From NCBI GenBank assembly GCA_964577595.1, contig CAZNZK010000003.1:4261-68260 (forward strand): DNA of 64,000 nucleotides, written 5' to 3'. The DNA is from an uncultured Candidatus Saccharibacteria bacterium. Lineage in GTDB: Bacteria > Patescibacteriota > Minisyncoccia > Phycocordibacterales > JAKAEA01. Shown here piece by piece: positions 9,430 to 19,237 of this stretch. How positions within the stretch are numbered: position 1 is the first letter of the stretch; each line of letters starts with the position of its first letter. The position numbers and the translations under genes are program-made. Under the pieces are notes generated by a model that worked only from the letters and a program-made list of their open reading frames with translations, was not told where the DNA came from and did no database searches.

Positions 9430-9900
9430 ATGCTTACACGTAACGAAGGATGTGCCCTGGAATTTGCCTCGGGCGCGGCACTTCTGCTAACGGTCTTTGT
9501 GTCCTGGTTCTGGCAGGCCTGGTGGCTTGGCCGGACTCTTGCGCGGGCAAGGTTTATACCGGCCGCCCGTAATCCTATTCGCGATCAGGTCAAAGCTGAA
9601 CACAGAATGTATGCGCGTAGGACATTTTGGGTCTTGCCTGTTTTGCTCGGTTTCATTGATGGTCACATTCGCGTATTCGGTTTAGGGCATGGCTGGACCC
9701 CGTTCATTATGGTGCACATCTTTTGTATCGCATCGCCAGCATTCATTTTGACGGGCGTGACGGCCTACTGGATTACCGGCGAAAGATATCCCAAGAAACA
9801 TCGTCGTATCGTATGGTGGACATTGGGATTTTTGCTCATCGCAATCAGTACGGGCCTGTATATTCTCATTCCCGACATCTGGCAACTCTGGAATCGCTAG
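9430..9900 (+). CDS. hypothetical polytopic membrane protein
   Basis: ORF 9403..9900. A strong SD (gaaaggagg) sits 7 nt before the internal ATG at 9430, so the start was moved. Four hydrophobic segments. Confidence 0.5.
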   Translation: MLTRNEGCALEFASGAALLLTVFVSWFWQAWWLGRTLARARFIPAARNPIRDQVKAEHRMYARRTFWVLPVLLGFIDGHIRVFGLGHGWTPFIMVHIFCIASPAFILTGVTAYWITGERYPKKHRRIVWWTLGFLLIAISTGLYILIPDIWQLWNR

Positions 9901-9934
9901 CGGCTACCACACCTTGGTAGCCGCTTTTCTTTTG
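9899..9934 (+). terminator. rho-independent terminator
   Basis: Perfect 11-bp stem agcggctacca/tggtagccgct, loop cacct, then TTTCTTTTG. Confidence 0.7.
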
Positions 9935-9953
9935 GCCGTGGTAAACTATTTCC

Positions 9954-11285
9954 ATGACTCCTAAGAAAATACTCGTTGTACAACATTTGCTCATTTCGTT
10001 TCTGGTGCTCGGCGTTTTGTTCGGCGCGTTTTTTCTGCTTCTGCCATTCGCTGAAAATATATTTCTTAATCCAGATATATTTTTTGCTGGGGCTGCTTGG
10101 TCGCCGGTACAAACTCAATTTTCTATCGTCTGCCTCGCTCTTCTGGTGGCGGCCGTGCTCTTTTCTTACGTCGTCTATTTACTGTTGACTCAAAAGACGC
10201 GCGCCGAGCTTTTGTTGTGGAAGCGTATGGGTGGCATTTTGGTTTCCCAAGAACAGTTTAAAGTGCTCTACGAGAGCGCGCCGGTGCCATACATGATGCT
10301 TAACGAAAGGGGCGAAGTGCAAAACCCGAATAAAGCGGCCCTACGTTTCTTTGGGGTTTTTCCGGAAGAAATTGAGGGCAAAATTCTTTTTTCATTCGCG
10401 CCGGTGGAAGAAAAAGAGCATAGCGACAAGCTTCTGCGTTTCTATAAATCCAAACTGCCCATTAATAGGGAAGAGATACAAATGGCCACGAAAAATGGGG
10501 CGGTGCGCTGGGCTCTACTCTCCGTTTTTGACATGAAGAATCCGGCGGGTGGTGCGCGCATCGGTTTGGCAACTATTGTTGATATCACTGAGGAAAAGAA
10601 TCTGAGCAAAGCAAAAACGGAATTCGTCTCGCTTGCTTCGCACCAGTTGCGCTCACCGCTGGCCACGCTTAAGTGGTATACCGACATGTTGCTTTCCAAT
10701 GGTATTGGCGAGCTCAACGCCAAGCAAAAGGAATACACGGGTAGGATTTTTCAGGTCAACGAGGAAATGATTGGGTTGGTGGACACGCTGCTCAATGTGT
10801 CGCGCATGGAAATCGGCTCGTTTGTGGTTGATAAAAAGGCGACTAATGTGCCGGAATTGTGTGAAAGCATTCTCGTGGAGTTGTCCTCGCAAATTGCCAC
10901 CAAAAAAATCAACGTGGAGAAAAAATATGGCGACGCGCTCAAGGATGTTTCCACCGATCCGAAGCTCTTGCGGATTGTCATTCAAAACCTAGTTTCCAAT
11001 GCCATTAAATACACGCCTGATGGGGGCACGGTTACCATTGCCTTGGAAGAATCGCGCGCCAGCAAACAAATCACCATTTCTGATACGGGTGTGGGTATTC
11101 CTAGGGCGCAACAGGAACGGGTGTTTTCCAAACTCTTCCGCGCGAGCAATGTGGCCTCCATGGGAGCCAATCGGAGTACGGGTTTGGGGCTGTATCTCAC
11201 CAAGTCTATTGTTGAGGCTTTAGGCGGCCATATTAGCTTTACCTCGGAGGAGAATAAGGGGAGCGCCTTTACTATTGTTCTTTGA
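9954..11285 (+). CDS. sensor histidine kinase (TM + PAS + HisKA + HATPase)
   Basis: N-terminal TM helices. H-box SHQLRSPL, N-box LVSNAIKYT, G-boxes DTGVGI and GLGLYL. Confidence 0.85.
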   Translation: MTPKKILVVQHLLISFLVLGVLFGAFFLLLPFAENIFLNPDIFFAGAAWSPVQTQFSIVCLALLVAAVLFSYVVYLLLTQKTRAELLLWKRMGGILVSQEQFKVLYESAPVPYMMLNERGEVQNPNKAALRFFGVFPEEIEGKILFSFAPVEEKEHSDKLLRFYKSKLPINREEIQMATKNGAVRWALLSVFDMKNPAGGARIGLATIVDITEEKNLSKAKTEFVSLASHQLRSPLATLKWYTDMLLSNGIGELNAKQKEYTGRIFQVNEEMIGLVDTLLNVSRMEIGSFVVDKKATNVPELCESILVELSSQIATKKINVEKKYGDALKDVSTDPKLLRIVIQNLVSNAIKYTPDGGTVTIALEESRASKQITISDTGVGIPRAQQERVFSKLFRASNVASMGANRSTGLGLYLTKSIVEALGGHISFTSEENKGSAFTIVL

Positions 11286-11323
11286 TGCGAGTATAATTAC
11301 CACTATTACTAAAAACCACTTTC

Positions 11324-11713
11324 ATGGAAATTCCAACTACCGCCAATACTGTTCTTATTGTTGACGACGACGCCGACTTGCGCAACGTGCTCAAAGACAA
11401 ATTTGAACTCTCCGGCTTCAAAACTCTGACCGCTGTTGATGGGGAAGACGGTCTTAAAAAAGCTCTGGCCAACCATCCCGACATCACCCTGCTTGATATT
11501 ATGATGCCCAAGATGACCGGCTGGCAGGCTCTTGATAAATTACGCGAAGATGCTTGGGGTAAAACCGCCAAAGTTATTATGCTCACCGTCCTTGAAGATT
11601 TGGACAATGTCGCCCAAGCGGTTGAAAAAAATAGTGTCGGCTATCTTATTAAAACCAGCCAAAGTTTGGATGGTATCGTCTTCCGGGTTAAGGAGGCACT
11701 TATCAAGAAGTAA
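11324..11713 (+). CDS. response regulator, stand-alone receiver domain
   Basis: LIVDDD..D..LLDIMMPKMTGW..K signature of a CheY-like receiver. No output domain. Confidence 0.8.
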   Translation: MEIPTTANTVLIVDDDADLRNVLKDKFELSGFKTLTAVDGEDGLKKALANHPDITLLDIMMPKMTGWQALDKLREDAWGKTAKVIMLTVLEDLDNVAQAVEKNSVGYLIKTSQSLDGIVFRVKEALIKK

Positions 11714-11721
11714 TATACCCA

Positions 11722-12027
11722 ATGGCCCAACCTGATTCACACGGCACTCCACCGCCCGCAACTTTGGTGCGAGAGAAAGCCGCAGATGGCTGGCAGTATG
11801 CCGGCACCGAAAATTTAACTATCGCCAATTCGCAAATAGACAGACGTTCCTTTGACGTTCCGTTGCAAACAGAAGTCAGTTTGCGGCACAAGTATGGCGG
11901 CCCCGATAAAGAACTCCAGTTTGTTCTTGTTTCCAGTGACGTCGTTTTTCCAACCGACGATCTTGCGCATCTTGATTCCCAAGCCGAAAACATGTTGTGC
12001 TATGTTTTTAGCAGAGTTAAGAAATAG
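11722..12027 (+). CDS. hypothetical protein (101 aa)
   Basis: ORF only. Confidence 0.35.
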   Translation: MAQPDSHGTPPPATLVREKAADGWQYAGTENLTIANSQIDRRSFDVPLQTEVSLRHKYGGPDKELQFVLVSSDVVFPTDDLAHLDSQAENMLCYVFSRVKK

Positions 12028-12033
12028 ACTTCT

Positions 12034-12252
12034 ATGTATATAAAAGTGCGGGTTTTTGCCGGTGCTAAAAAGGAGGAATTGACTCCGATTTCCAAAGATC
12101 ATTTTGAAGCAGAGGTTAAGGAAAAAGCCGAGCTCAACATGGCTAATCGCAAAGTGATCGCGCTTATTGCCAGTTACTATAAAAAGCCGATAGGTAGGGT
12201 GCGTATCGTGACTGGTCATCACGCTCCCGGTAAAATTCTTTCAGTTGATTGA
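12034..12252 (+). CDS. DUF167/YggU-family protein
   Basis: 72 aa. ..KAELNMANRKVIALIASYYKKPIGRVRIVTGHHAPGKILSV matches the YggU (UPF0235) pattern ..GkAN..li.flak.l....v.iv.G..sr.K. Confidence 0.55.
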   Translation: MYIKVRVFAGAKKEELTPISKDHFEAEVKEKAELNMANRKVIALIASYYKKPIGRVRIVTGHHAPGKILSVD

Positions 12253-12312
12253 ATAAAAGAGCGGGTATACTATATGGTATAAGCATTACTAATTTTTGTA
12301 CGCATCAAAACC

Positions 12313-12492
12313 ATGAATCCTAACAACAACACTCAACAAGACGAGGCGAATAGCAATGGTGTCGTTCAGCCGGTTAAGAACGTTTCTCCTATGGACACTA
12401 TGCAGAAAACCCAACAAGGCGCCACTAATGCCATGAATTTCGTCAGTCGCATCATTTCCTTTGTGAATATGATTAAGGGTCTTTTTAGGTAG
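12313..12492 (+). CDS. hypothetical small protein (59 aa)
   Basis: ATG..TAG ORF just under the 60-aa track cutoff (MNPNNNTQQDEANSNGVVQPV...FVSRIISFVNMIKGLFR). Hydrophilic N-terminus and hydrophobic C-terminus. Confidence 0.25.
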   Translation: MNPNNNTQQDEANSNGVVQPVKNVSPMDTMQKTQQGATNAMNFVSRIISFVNMIKGLFR

Positions 12493-12495
12493 TTC

Positions 12496-13233
12496 TTATA
12501 TTCCTTGCGTTAAGGAAACAATTCGGTAGCCGCGCGATTCAATGGTGGTGAAAACGGCGTCTAGGATTTTTCCTGTAATACTATCGCCGATATGCATGAG
12601 GTATATGTTGCCCGGAGCCAGTGAGGAGAGGATTCTTGATTGTACCGCGGTCGCTGTTTCGCCCTGTGGTTCTTCCCAATCAAGAGCGTCAACGGTCCAG
12701 TAGATAGAACGATAGCCATCTTGAGTGGCTACTGCCAGGACGTGACTATTTCGTGCTCCATAGGGCGCGCGAAAATAGGGTTTAGGCGAAAGGCCCGTTG
12801 CGGCCATAAGCGCGCTTTCAGTTTTGCTGAGCTCGGTTGTTATTTGCGCGTCGGAAAGGGTGGTGAGATCCAGGTGGTCGTACGTGTGGCTAAAAATCTC
12901 ATGGCCGGCCGCCACGATTTCTTTCACGAGGTTGGGGTGGGCCTCAATCATCTTGCCCGTAAAAAAGAATGTGCCCGTAACATGGTGCTTAGCTAGGACC
13001 GCTAAAATTTGCGGGGCGGATGTTATTAAGGTGCCGCCCGCGTCAAAGGTAAAAATTACCTGCTTCTTGTTGGTGTCGCCGTGGGTTATCTCTGTGGTGC
13101 CAGCGGGGTGAGGGTGGTTTGTCGACGGGATATTTCCCTGTAGTGCCGGCCACCACGTAAAAATAAAAATAGCCGCAATGACAACCAGTACTGCAAGCGC
13201 TATCCCCGCGTATATAATTTTTTTGGTCATCAT
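12496..13233 (-). CDS. polysaccharide deacetylase (NodB/CE4 family), membrane anchored
   Basis: N-terminal TM. FTFDAGG..., SHTYDH and RAPYG motifs of the NodB homology domain. Confidence 0.8.
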   Translation of the reverse strand: MMTKKIIYAGIALAVLVVIAAIFIFTWWPALQGNIPSTNHPHPAGTTEITHGDTNKKQVIFTFDAGGTLITSAPQILAVLAKHHVTGTFFFTGKMIEAHPNLVKEIVAAGHEIFSHTYDHLDLTTLSDAQITTELSKTESALMAATGLSPKPYFRAPYGARNSHVLAVATQDGYRSIYWTVDALDWEEPQGETATAVQSRILSSLAPGNIYLMHIGDSITGKILDAVFTTIESRGYRIVSLTQGI

Positions 13234-13247
13234 GATTTATATTAGTG

Positions 13248-13321
13248 TCCACCCCCTTGGAGTCGAACCAAGGACCGCCGAGGTATAAGCTCGGTGCTCT
13301 AACCAACTGAGCTAGGGGTGG
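13248..13321 (-). tRNA. tRNA-Ile with anticodon UAU (reads AUA)
   Basis: Hand-folded cloverleaf. Acceptor CCACCCC/GGGGTGG. D-arm GCTCAGTTGGTTAGAGC. Anticodon stem CCGAG/CTCGG with loop CTTATAC (anticodon TAT). T-arm CTTGG-TTCGACT-CCAAG. Discriminator A. CCA not encoded. Confidence 0.7.
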
Positions 13322-13412
13322 GTTGTGGGGCTTTCCCCGACTGCTTGTAAACTATACTATAGTGGCGTTATACTATCAGCAAGTCAGTATCTTATAAGCA
13401 TAAGTACTAATC

Positions 13413-13724
13413 ATGGATACAAACCAAAATAATAACGTGCTCATGGCAGTGTTGGCGTATATTGGGCCATTGGTTATCGTTTCATATTTGATGGCAAAAG
13501 GGGATTCGTTTGTGAAATTCCACATCAAGCAGGGGTTATTGCTTTTTATCATTGAGGTGGCTTTGTGGTTTTTCAGCTTTATTTTGTGGATACTGTTTCC
13601 GATTATCTTCATTATCAATATCGCTATTTTGGTTCTGGTTATTATTGGTATCATTAATGCCGTAGAGAAAAAAGAAAAAGAATTGCCGCTTATCGGTAAG
13701 TGGGCAAAGAATTTTACGTTCTAA
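13413..13724 (+). CDS. small membrane protein, DUF4870-like
   Basis: 103 aa with 3 TM segments. N-terminal NNNVLMAVLAYIGPL... and HIKQGLLLFI pattern reminiscent of the DUF4870 family. Low-confidence family call. Confidence 0.4.
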   Translation: MDTNQNNNVLMAVLAYIGPLVIVSYLMAKGDSFVKFHIKQGLLLFIIEVALWFFSFILWILFPIIFIINIAILVLVIIGIINAVEKKEKELPLIGKWAKNFTF

Positions 13725-13725
13725 A

Positions 13726-15906
13726 TTATTCAAAATGGATTTCGCCGGAGCGGCTTAGGGAGGCTGCTTTTAGTTTGGGGTTTTGGGTGAGGTCGGGATC
13801 GGCTTCTATAATAGCGCGGGCTTCGGTGCGGGCGGCTTCTACCATGGGTTGATTGCGGAGGGCTTCCATGGCCACGTCGGAAAGGCCCCATTGCTTGGCA
13901 CCGTAGAGCTGGCCGGAACCGCGAAGCTGGAGATCGGATTCGGCGAGTTCAAAGCCGTTTTTGGCGGTGGCCAGGGCTTTGAGGCGGTCAGCGGTTTTTT
14001 GCGAGCCGCTTTCGGTGAAAACGTAGCAGTAGGCTTGGTGATTGGAACGGATGACGCGGCCGCGAAGCTGGTGGAGCTGGGCGAGGCCGAAGCGCTCGGC
14101 ACCTTCTATTAAAATAACGGTGGCGTTGGGGACATTGACACCGACTTCAACGAGCGAGGTTGCCACGAGAATGTTTATTTTGTGTGCGGCAAAATCGGCC
14201 ATGGTTTTTTCTTTGGCGGCTGTAGTCATTTTGCTGTGAATGATCGCTATTTGATATTCAGGAAAAACGTCTTTTTTGAGGCGGCGGGCTTCTGCTTTGA
14301 CCGATTTTGTTTCCAAAGCTTCTTCTTTGTCGGGATCGGGTTCGTCTATTCTTGGGCAAATAATGTATGCTTGGCGGCCTTCTTGTAATTGCGTGCGGAC
14401 TTTTTCATAGACGTCGTCGCGGTGGTCGGGCCGAACAATTTCCGTGATGATGGGTTTGCGGCCGGCCGGCATCTCGTCCAAGAGCGTCAAGTCCAGGTCG
14501 CCAAAGATAGTGAGCGCCAGGGTGCGGGGAATAGGCGTGGCCGTCATAGAAAGAAGGTGGGGCAAGAGAGCGTCCTTGCGGGTGAGCTTTTGGCGTTGGG
14601 CGGTGCCGAAGCGGTGCTGTTCGTCAATAATGACGCAGGCAAGATGCTTGAATTTTACGGCTTTCTGGATGAGGGCGTGCGTGCCTATCAATATGGGGAT
14701 TTCGCCACTTTCTACCCATTTCAAGAGCTGGGTGCGGCTAATGTCGGTCCAACCTTGGCGGTTTACTTTTGACGGAAATTTTTTACAGCCGGAAGAGGTG
14801 ATGAGGCCGACCTGCGTGCCAAGGTGGAAAAAATATTTGATGAATGATTCAAAATGCTGATTGGCGAGGATTTCGGTGGGGCACATATAGGCCACTTGGA
14901 GGGCGCCGAAATTTTGCGACTGGCCGTTTATCTGCGGCTTACTACTCACAGTGGCATAGGTGATGGCGGCGGCCACGGCAGTTTTGCCCGAGCCAACGTC
15001 GCCTTCGAGGAGGCGCGACATGGGCTCGCCGCGCCGAAAATCGTCAAGGATTGTGGCCACGGCATGCTTTTGAGCGGCGGTTTCCTGAAAAGGAAAATGG
15101 CTGGTGAAATCGGTTAAGTCGGCCGGTGTTTTTTCAATAACAAAAGCGGGCTGGCGTTTGGCGGCGACACGCTCGGCTTGTTTGGCTAGTTGAATAAAAA
15201 ACACCTCTTCAAAAGCAAAGCGTTTGCGCGCGGCTTCGGCATCGCCGGCACGGCGGGGCATGTGAATCCACACCAGGGCAGTTTGAATGCCGGGCAAATT
15301 ATATTTTTTTAGGATTTCCGGCGGAATAGGCTCCGCGAGCGACTCCAGAAAATCGGCGGTGAGGATTTTTTTAATGGCATGGTAGAGCCAGCGTGAGCTT
15401 ACACCGCGGCTTTCGGGGTAAATAGGAAATAGAACGGCGGCATCGTGTTCGCCGGCGTCGCCTTTAAAAAGCGAAGTGCCAACGGTCTGGACTTTATCCA
15501 CCAGCTCGTATTCCGGGTTGGCGATATAGAGCTCGCCGGTTTTACGCGCGGTAATACGGCCGGAAAATTTTGCCGGCGTGCCCTCGCTCAACATTTTGGC
15601 GATATAGGGCTGGTGGAACCATATTGCTTCTATAGAGCCGCTTTCGTCGGTAATGGTGGCGGTGGCGCGAGTGATGTGGGTGCGGAAGCTTTTGCCGAGC
15701 TTAAGCTTGCTGACTTTGCCGTAAATTGCCGCCGACTCGCCGGCCACTACGTCGCGGATATTTTTGAGCGAGCTAGTGTCGCTGTAGCGGGCGGGGAAGT
15801 GATAGAGCAAATCGCCAACGGTGCGCACGCCCAGCTTAGCCAAGCCACGCCGCTCTATTTCAGCGACGCGCACAGCTACTTCGATTTTTGTGGTGAGCGT
15901 GTTCAT
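13726..15906 (-). CDS. recG: ATP-dependent DNA helicase RecG
   Basis: 726 aa. Wedge region, Walker A DVGSGKT, DEQHRFG (DEAH box), helicase C motifs. Confidence 0.93.
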   Translation of the reverse strand: MNTLTTKIEVAVRVAEIERRGLAKLGVRTVGDLLYHFPARYSDTSSLKNIRDVVAGESAAIYGKVSKLKLGKSFRTHITRATATITDESGSIEAIWFHQPYIAKMLSEGTPAKFSGRITARKTGELYIANPEYELVDKVQTVGTSLFKGDAGEHDAAVLFPIYPESRGVSSRWLYHAIKKILTADFLESLAEPIPPEILKKYNLPGIQTALVWIHMPRRAGDAEAARKRFAFEEVFFIQLAKQAERVAAKRQPAFVIEKTPADLTDFTSHFPFQETAAQKHAVATILDDFRRGEPMSRLLEGDVGSGKTAVAAAITYATVSSKPQINGQSQNFGALQVAYMCPTEILANQHFESFIKYFFHLGTQVGLITSSGCKKFPSKVNRQGWTDISRTQLLKWVESGEIPILIGTHALIQKAVKFKHLACVIIDEQHRFGTAQRQKLTRKDALLPHLLSMTATPIPRTLALTIFGDLDLTLLDEMPAGRKPIITEIVRPDHRDDVYEKVRTQLQEGRQAYIICPRIDEPDPDKEEALETKSVKAEARRLKKDVFPEYQIAIIHSKMTTAAKEKTMADFAAHKINILVATSLVEVGVNVPNATVILIEGAERFGLAQLHQLRGRVIRSNHQAYCYVFTESGSQKTADRLKALATAKNGFELAESDLQLRGSGQLYGAKQWGLSDVAMEALRNQPMVEAARTEARAIIEADPDLTQNPKLKAASLSRSGEIHFE

Positions 15907-16745
15907 TGAGCGAGGGCAATTTTTTTGCCGGTGTGTCTAATAAAACCTTCGGAAACTAAGGTTGTCACTATTTTTTTGAAAGCGTCCTGAGAAGGAGTAA
16001 GACCAGTTTTAGCCAATTTTCTTTTTAAGGTGGTAGTAGGAATAGGAAGAATACTTACGTGCTTTAGTACTGCCCCGCGCAATTGGCGATTGGAACCGGC
16101 GAAGCGACTTTGCTTTGCGTAGTGCGCGCTCTTGCGACCCAGGTTACCCACTTCTTTTTTAAGATGTGAGCCATAATCCATAAGCGCCCAGTACCATTCG
16201 CGGCTTTTGCCGCGGGGCAGCATTTTTTCTATGAGCGGCAGGAGCTCCTCGTCCCGCACATTTTTTCTGTCGGCGAAAAAGTGGTGGATGAAAACGGTAC
16301 GGATATTGGTTTCTAGCATCACTACCGGCTCATTAAAAGCAAAAGCGGCAATAGCGCTCGCGGTGTAGGGGCCGACGCCGGGCAACTCTAGAATTTTCTC
16401 CTGTTTCCGTGGAAATTTTCCCGCCGCGGCAATAGTTTCTGCCGCGCGCTTTAGAGCAAGAGCTCTCCGATTGTAACCTAAACCTCGCCAAGTTGTCAGC
16501 ACATCCGCGCGCCCCGCCGCCGCCAACGAAGCGGCGGTAGGCCAGCGCGCCAGCCATGCCGCGTATTTGGGAATAACCCTGTCAACTTGGGTTTGTTGAA
16601 GCATTATTTCCGAAACCAGGATTTTATAGGGGTCACGGGTATGCCGCCACGGCAAATCGCGCTTATTTTGAGCGAAAAAATGCCATATCAGTTTTTGAAA
16701 GCCTTGGGTGGTCATAAAATTATATCGCCTGTGGTATACTATCAT
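15903..16745 (-). CDS. HhH-GPD family DNA glycosylase (MutY/Nth-like, no Fe-S cysteine cluster evident)
   Basis: ..LPWR..DPY.ILVSEIMLQQTQV.., and the helix-hairpin-helix LPGVGPYTA. The C-terminal Cys4 cluster of MutY is not seen. Confidence 0.75.
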   Translation of the reverse strand: MIVYHRRYNFMTTQGFQKLIWHFFAQNKRDLPWRHTRDPYKILVSEIMLQQTQVDRVIPKYAAWLARWPTAASLAAAGRADVLTTWRGLGYNRRALALKRAAETIAAAGKFPRKQEKILELPGVGPYTASAIAAFAFNEPVVMLETNIRTVFIHHFFADRKNVRDEELLPLIEKMLPRGKSREWYWALMDYGSHLKKEVGNLGRKSAHYAKQSRFAGSNRQLRGAVLKHVSILPIPTTTLKRKLAKTGLTPSQDAFKKIVTTLVSEGFIRHTGKKIALAQ

Positions 16746-16790
16746 GCGTTAGGCCTACATTATTAAAACAATTTAAACGTAGAAGAAACC

Positions 16791-16904
16791 ATGCAAGCTG
16801 AACAATCATCCACCGCTTCTGCCGAGGTAAAAGCTAAGGCAAAGAAGCCGTTTGTTTGCCCCACAGATCCGGCCGAGCTCGCTCAGTGTGATTCTTGCCA
16901 GTAA
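16791..16904 (+). CDS. possible small Lys/Cys-containing protein (37 aa)
   Basis: MQAEQSSTASAEVKAKAKKPFVCPTDPAELAQCDSCQ. Ends 6 nt before the next gene start. Weak RBS. Confidence 0.2.
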   Translation: MQAEQSSTASAEVKAKAKKPFVCPTDPAELAQCDSCQ

Positions 16905-16910
16905 AAAGCG

Positions 16911-17555
16911 GTGACTTCTGCCGCTAACCCCGCTATCACCCATCGCCACCTTGTTTTTCACAGGTGGCGTTCGCTTTCATTGGGAATTTTTTTGATGCTC
17001 ATGGCTTTGGTTGTTCAAACGTATGCTTCCGCATATGTTGTTCGCACTGGTGGCAATTTCGTTGGCGATATCATTCTGGATAACCTTCCTATTATTAATC
17101 TAAGCTTCATTTACGTAGAGTGCGCTTTTTTACTTATTATTTTTACAACACTTCTGGTCATTGCCAAGCCGCGGTACATCCTTTTTACACTTAAGGCGGT
17201 TGCCTTTCTTATTATCATTCGTTCTTTTTTCATTTCAGTTACGCATCTCGGTATTTATCCGCACCAGATTATTTTGGATGGGGGATTTTTTGATCGCCTC
17301 TTCATTATTTTCGACCTACAGGCCGGGTACTTTTTCTCTGGTCATACCGCTTTTCCGCTTATGATGATGCTTATTTTTTGGCGTGAACCCCTTTGGCGCT
17401 ATTTCTTTCTGATTATGGCATTTGTCTTTGGTGCTTCTGTTTTGTTGTCGCATGTGCATTACTCAATTGATGTTTTTGCCGCGCCGTTCATGGTCTACAG
17501 TATCTTCAAATTAGCCGAATATTGGTTCCCTGGCGATAGAGCACTCTGCTCTTGA
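16911..17555 (+). CDS. PAP2-superfamily membrane phosphatase
   Basis: Motifs FSGHTAFP (PSGH) and SHVHYSIDV (SR..H...D) in a polytopic membrane protein. Confidence 0.7.
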   Translation: MTSAANPAITHRHLVFHRWRSLSLGIFLMLMALVVQTYASAYVVRTGGNFVGDIILDNLPIINLSFIYVECAFLLIIFTTLLVIAKPRYILFTLKAVAFLIIIRSFFISVTHLGIYPHQIILDGGFFDRLFIIFDLQAGYFFSGHTAFPLMMMLIFWREPLWRYFFLIMAFVFGASVLLSHVHYSIDVFAAPFMVYSIFKLAEYWFPGDRALCS

Positions 17556-17585
17556 CAGGCCATACCCTAAGAGTACTATTGCGGC

Positions 17586-18791
17586 ATGCAAACCCTTTCA
17601 AATGTCTTCAAAATAACGTTTTTTAGCGCTGTTTTGGCAATTTCTTTCGCTGTTGTCGCCACCCCCGCTCTGGCTTTTACGCCGACTCTTTCCGTGTCGT
17701 CGCTCAGTAACAACTCCGTCACCTTGACAGTTTCTGGCGACGCGAATTCCACTGTTCAGCTCTACTCGCAATATTCGTATGTCGCCGCGCTCGGCGTTAC
17801 AAATTCCAGCGGCTACCTATATGCCACGGTTTCCGCTACGAGCTACAATATTTCTTCGGGCGCTTCCGTGTATGTGGTTGTAAATGGCCAACAAAGCTCA
17901 GCCGTTATCTGGCCGAGCACGGGCAGTGTTTATTGCCCACTTAATTACCAAACTGGCACATCTTACCAGCAGTATCAAAATCAATATCAAAATTGTCCGC
18001 CGCTTCCCATTGTGCCGCCACCCTACGTTCCACCCGTTGTCACTCCGCCCATTTCCACGGGTTCTCTTTCCGTTGGCGTTAATCAGACATCAACCGTGTA
18101 TGGTCAGGGCAATGGTCCATATACCGTTACCTCCAACTCTAATCCTAATGTCGTTTCCGCAACAGCCAGCGGCAACACCATTACATTTACTGGCAGGCAG
18201 ATTGGCTCGGCCTCCATTATGGTTTGCCCGAACAATGGCTACAATAATTACCAGTATCCCTACAGTGGGATCTACAATGGTGGTACTTATAACAATAGTT
18301 ACAACTACAATTATACGGGCGGTTACGGCTACAACAACGCTCCTTGCGCCAGTTTTGTGATTACGGTTATTCCAGCAATTTCATTCAGTCAGAGCAACGT
18401 TACTCTTTATGGCTTGGGCGCTAGTCAGTCAATCAGCCTTTCGGGTGGTTCCTATAACAACTACTACCAGTATAATCCATACAATAGCGGCTATTACAAT
18501 AGTTATTTTGTCACCAATAACACTAACCCCGGTACCGTTTCTGCCAATGTGAATGGCAACAGTCTAGTAGTCTATGGCGTCGGTTATGGAGGTTCTACTA
18601 TCACCGTGTGTAGTACAAGCGGTGCTTGTGGCACGGTCTACGTTTCTGTTAATGGCTCCACTAATTACGGCTACCCAACCTATTACCAGCCGTATTCCTA
18701 CAACTACACCCAGCCTTCTTATGTTGCCCCGTCACAAAATTATTATCGTGCACCTACGCCCATTTCTGGCGGTTGGTATCGTCGCTGGTAA
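17586..18791 (+). CDS. secreted repetitive S/T/N/Y/G-rich protein
   Basis: Signal peptide ..ISFAVVATPALA. Two internally repeated about 120-aa modules (VTSNSNPNVVSATASGNTITF.. / VTNNTNPGTVSANVNGNSLVV..). Pro-rich linker. Confidence 0.6.
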   Translation: MQTLSNVFKITFFSAVLAISFAVVATPALAFTPTLSVSSLSNNSVTLTVSGDANSTVQLYSQYSYVAALGVTNSSGYLYATVSATSYNISSGASVYVVVNGQQSSAVIWPSTGSVYCPLNYQTGTSYQQYQNQYQNCPPLPIVPPPYVPPVVTPPISTGSLSVGVNQTSTVYGQGNGPYTVTSNSNPNVVSATASGNTITFTGRQIGSASIMVCPNNGYNNYQYPYSGIYNGGTYNNSYNYNYTGGYGYNNAPCASFVITVIPAISFSQSNVTLYGLGASQSISLSGGSYNNYYQYNPYNSGYYNSYFVTNNTNPGTVSANVNGNSLVVYGVGYGGSTITVCSTSGACGTVYVSVNGSTNYGYPTYYQPYSYNYTQPSYVAPSQNYYRAPTPISGGWYRRW

Positions 18792-18812
18792 TTCTCCCTT
18801 TTTTGGAGAATT

Positions 18813-19214
18813 CTACGCATTCAGCCAGCTACGAGCTTCTGCTTCGGTTGAAAAAATCTTAATATTTTCGCGTTGAGCAAGGGCAGTGATAACTTCTCCA
18901 GCCGTCTTTACTTTTTCGGATCCGCCAAAGCTGGCGGTTTTTGCCACGTAGGGCGCATTTGCTTGGGCAAATTTCGTAAGCAGTTGCAGACACTCCGCGC
19001 TGTATGCGCCGGTGAATTCGCGCATATCCAGAATGATTTTGATACGCTTTCCTTGCTTTATTGAGAGTTTGGCAATAACCATTTTACCGAGCTCGAGCTC
19101 TGAAGCAAAGGATTCCTCGTTTTCTTTGAGTAAATCACCCCAAAAGGTAATACGGAGAATACTATCCGCGTCAATATGGATTTTGATGGGCAGTCTGGGT
19201 GTGGTTTCTTCCAT
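18813..19214 (-). CDS. hypothetical protein, possible STAS-like fold
   Basis: Track ORF 18813..19454 extends N-terminally across tRNA-Ser. It is trimmed here to the Met at 19214 (MEETTPRLPIKIHID...). Domain guess is weak. Confidence 0.4.
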   Translation of the reverse strand: MEETTPRLPIKIHIDADSILRITFWGDLLKENEESFASELELGKMVIAKLSIKQGKRIKIILDMREFTGAYSAECLQLLTKFAQANAPYVAKTASFGGSEKVKTAGEVITALAQRENIKIFSTEAEARSWLNA

Positions 19215-19237
19215 ATTTTCAGTTGTTAATGAAATTG

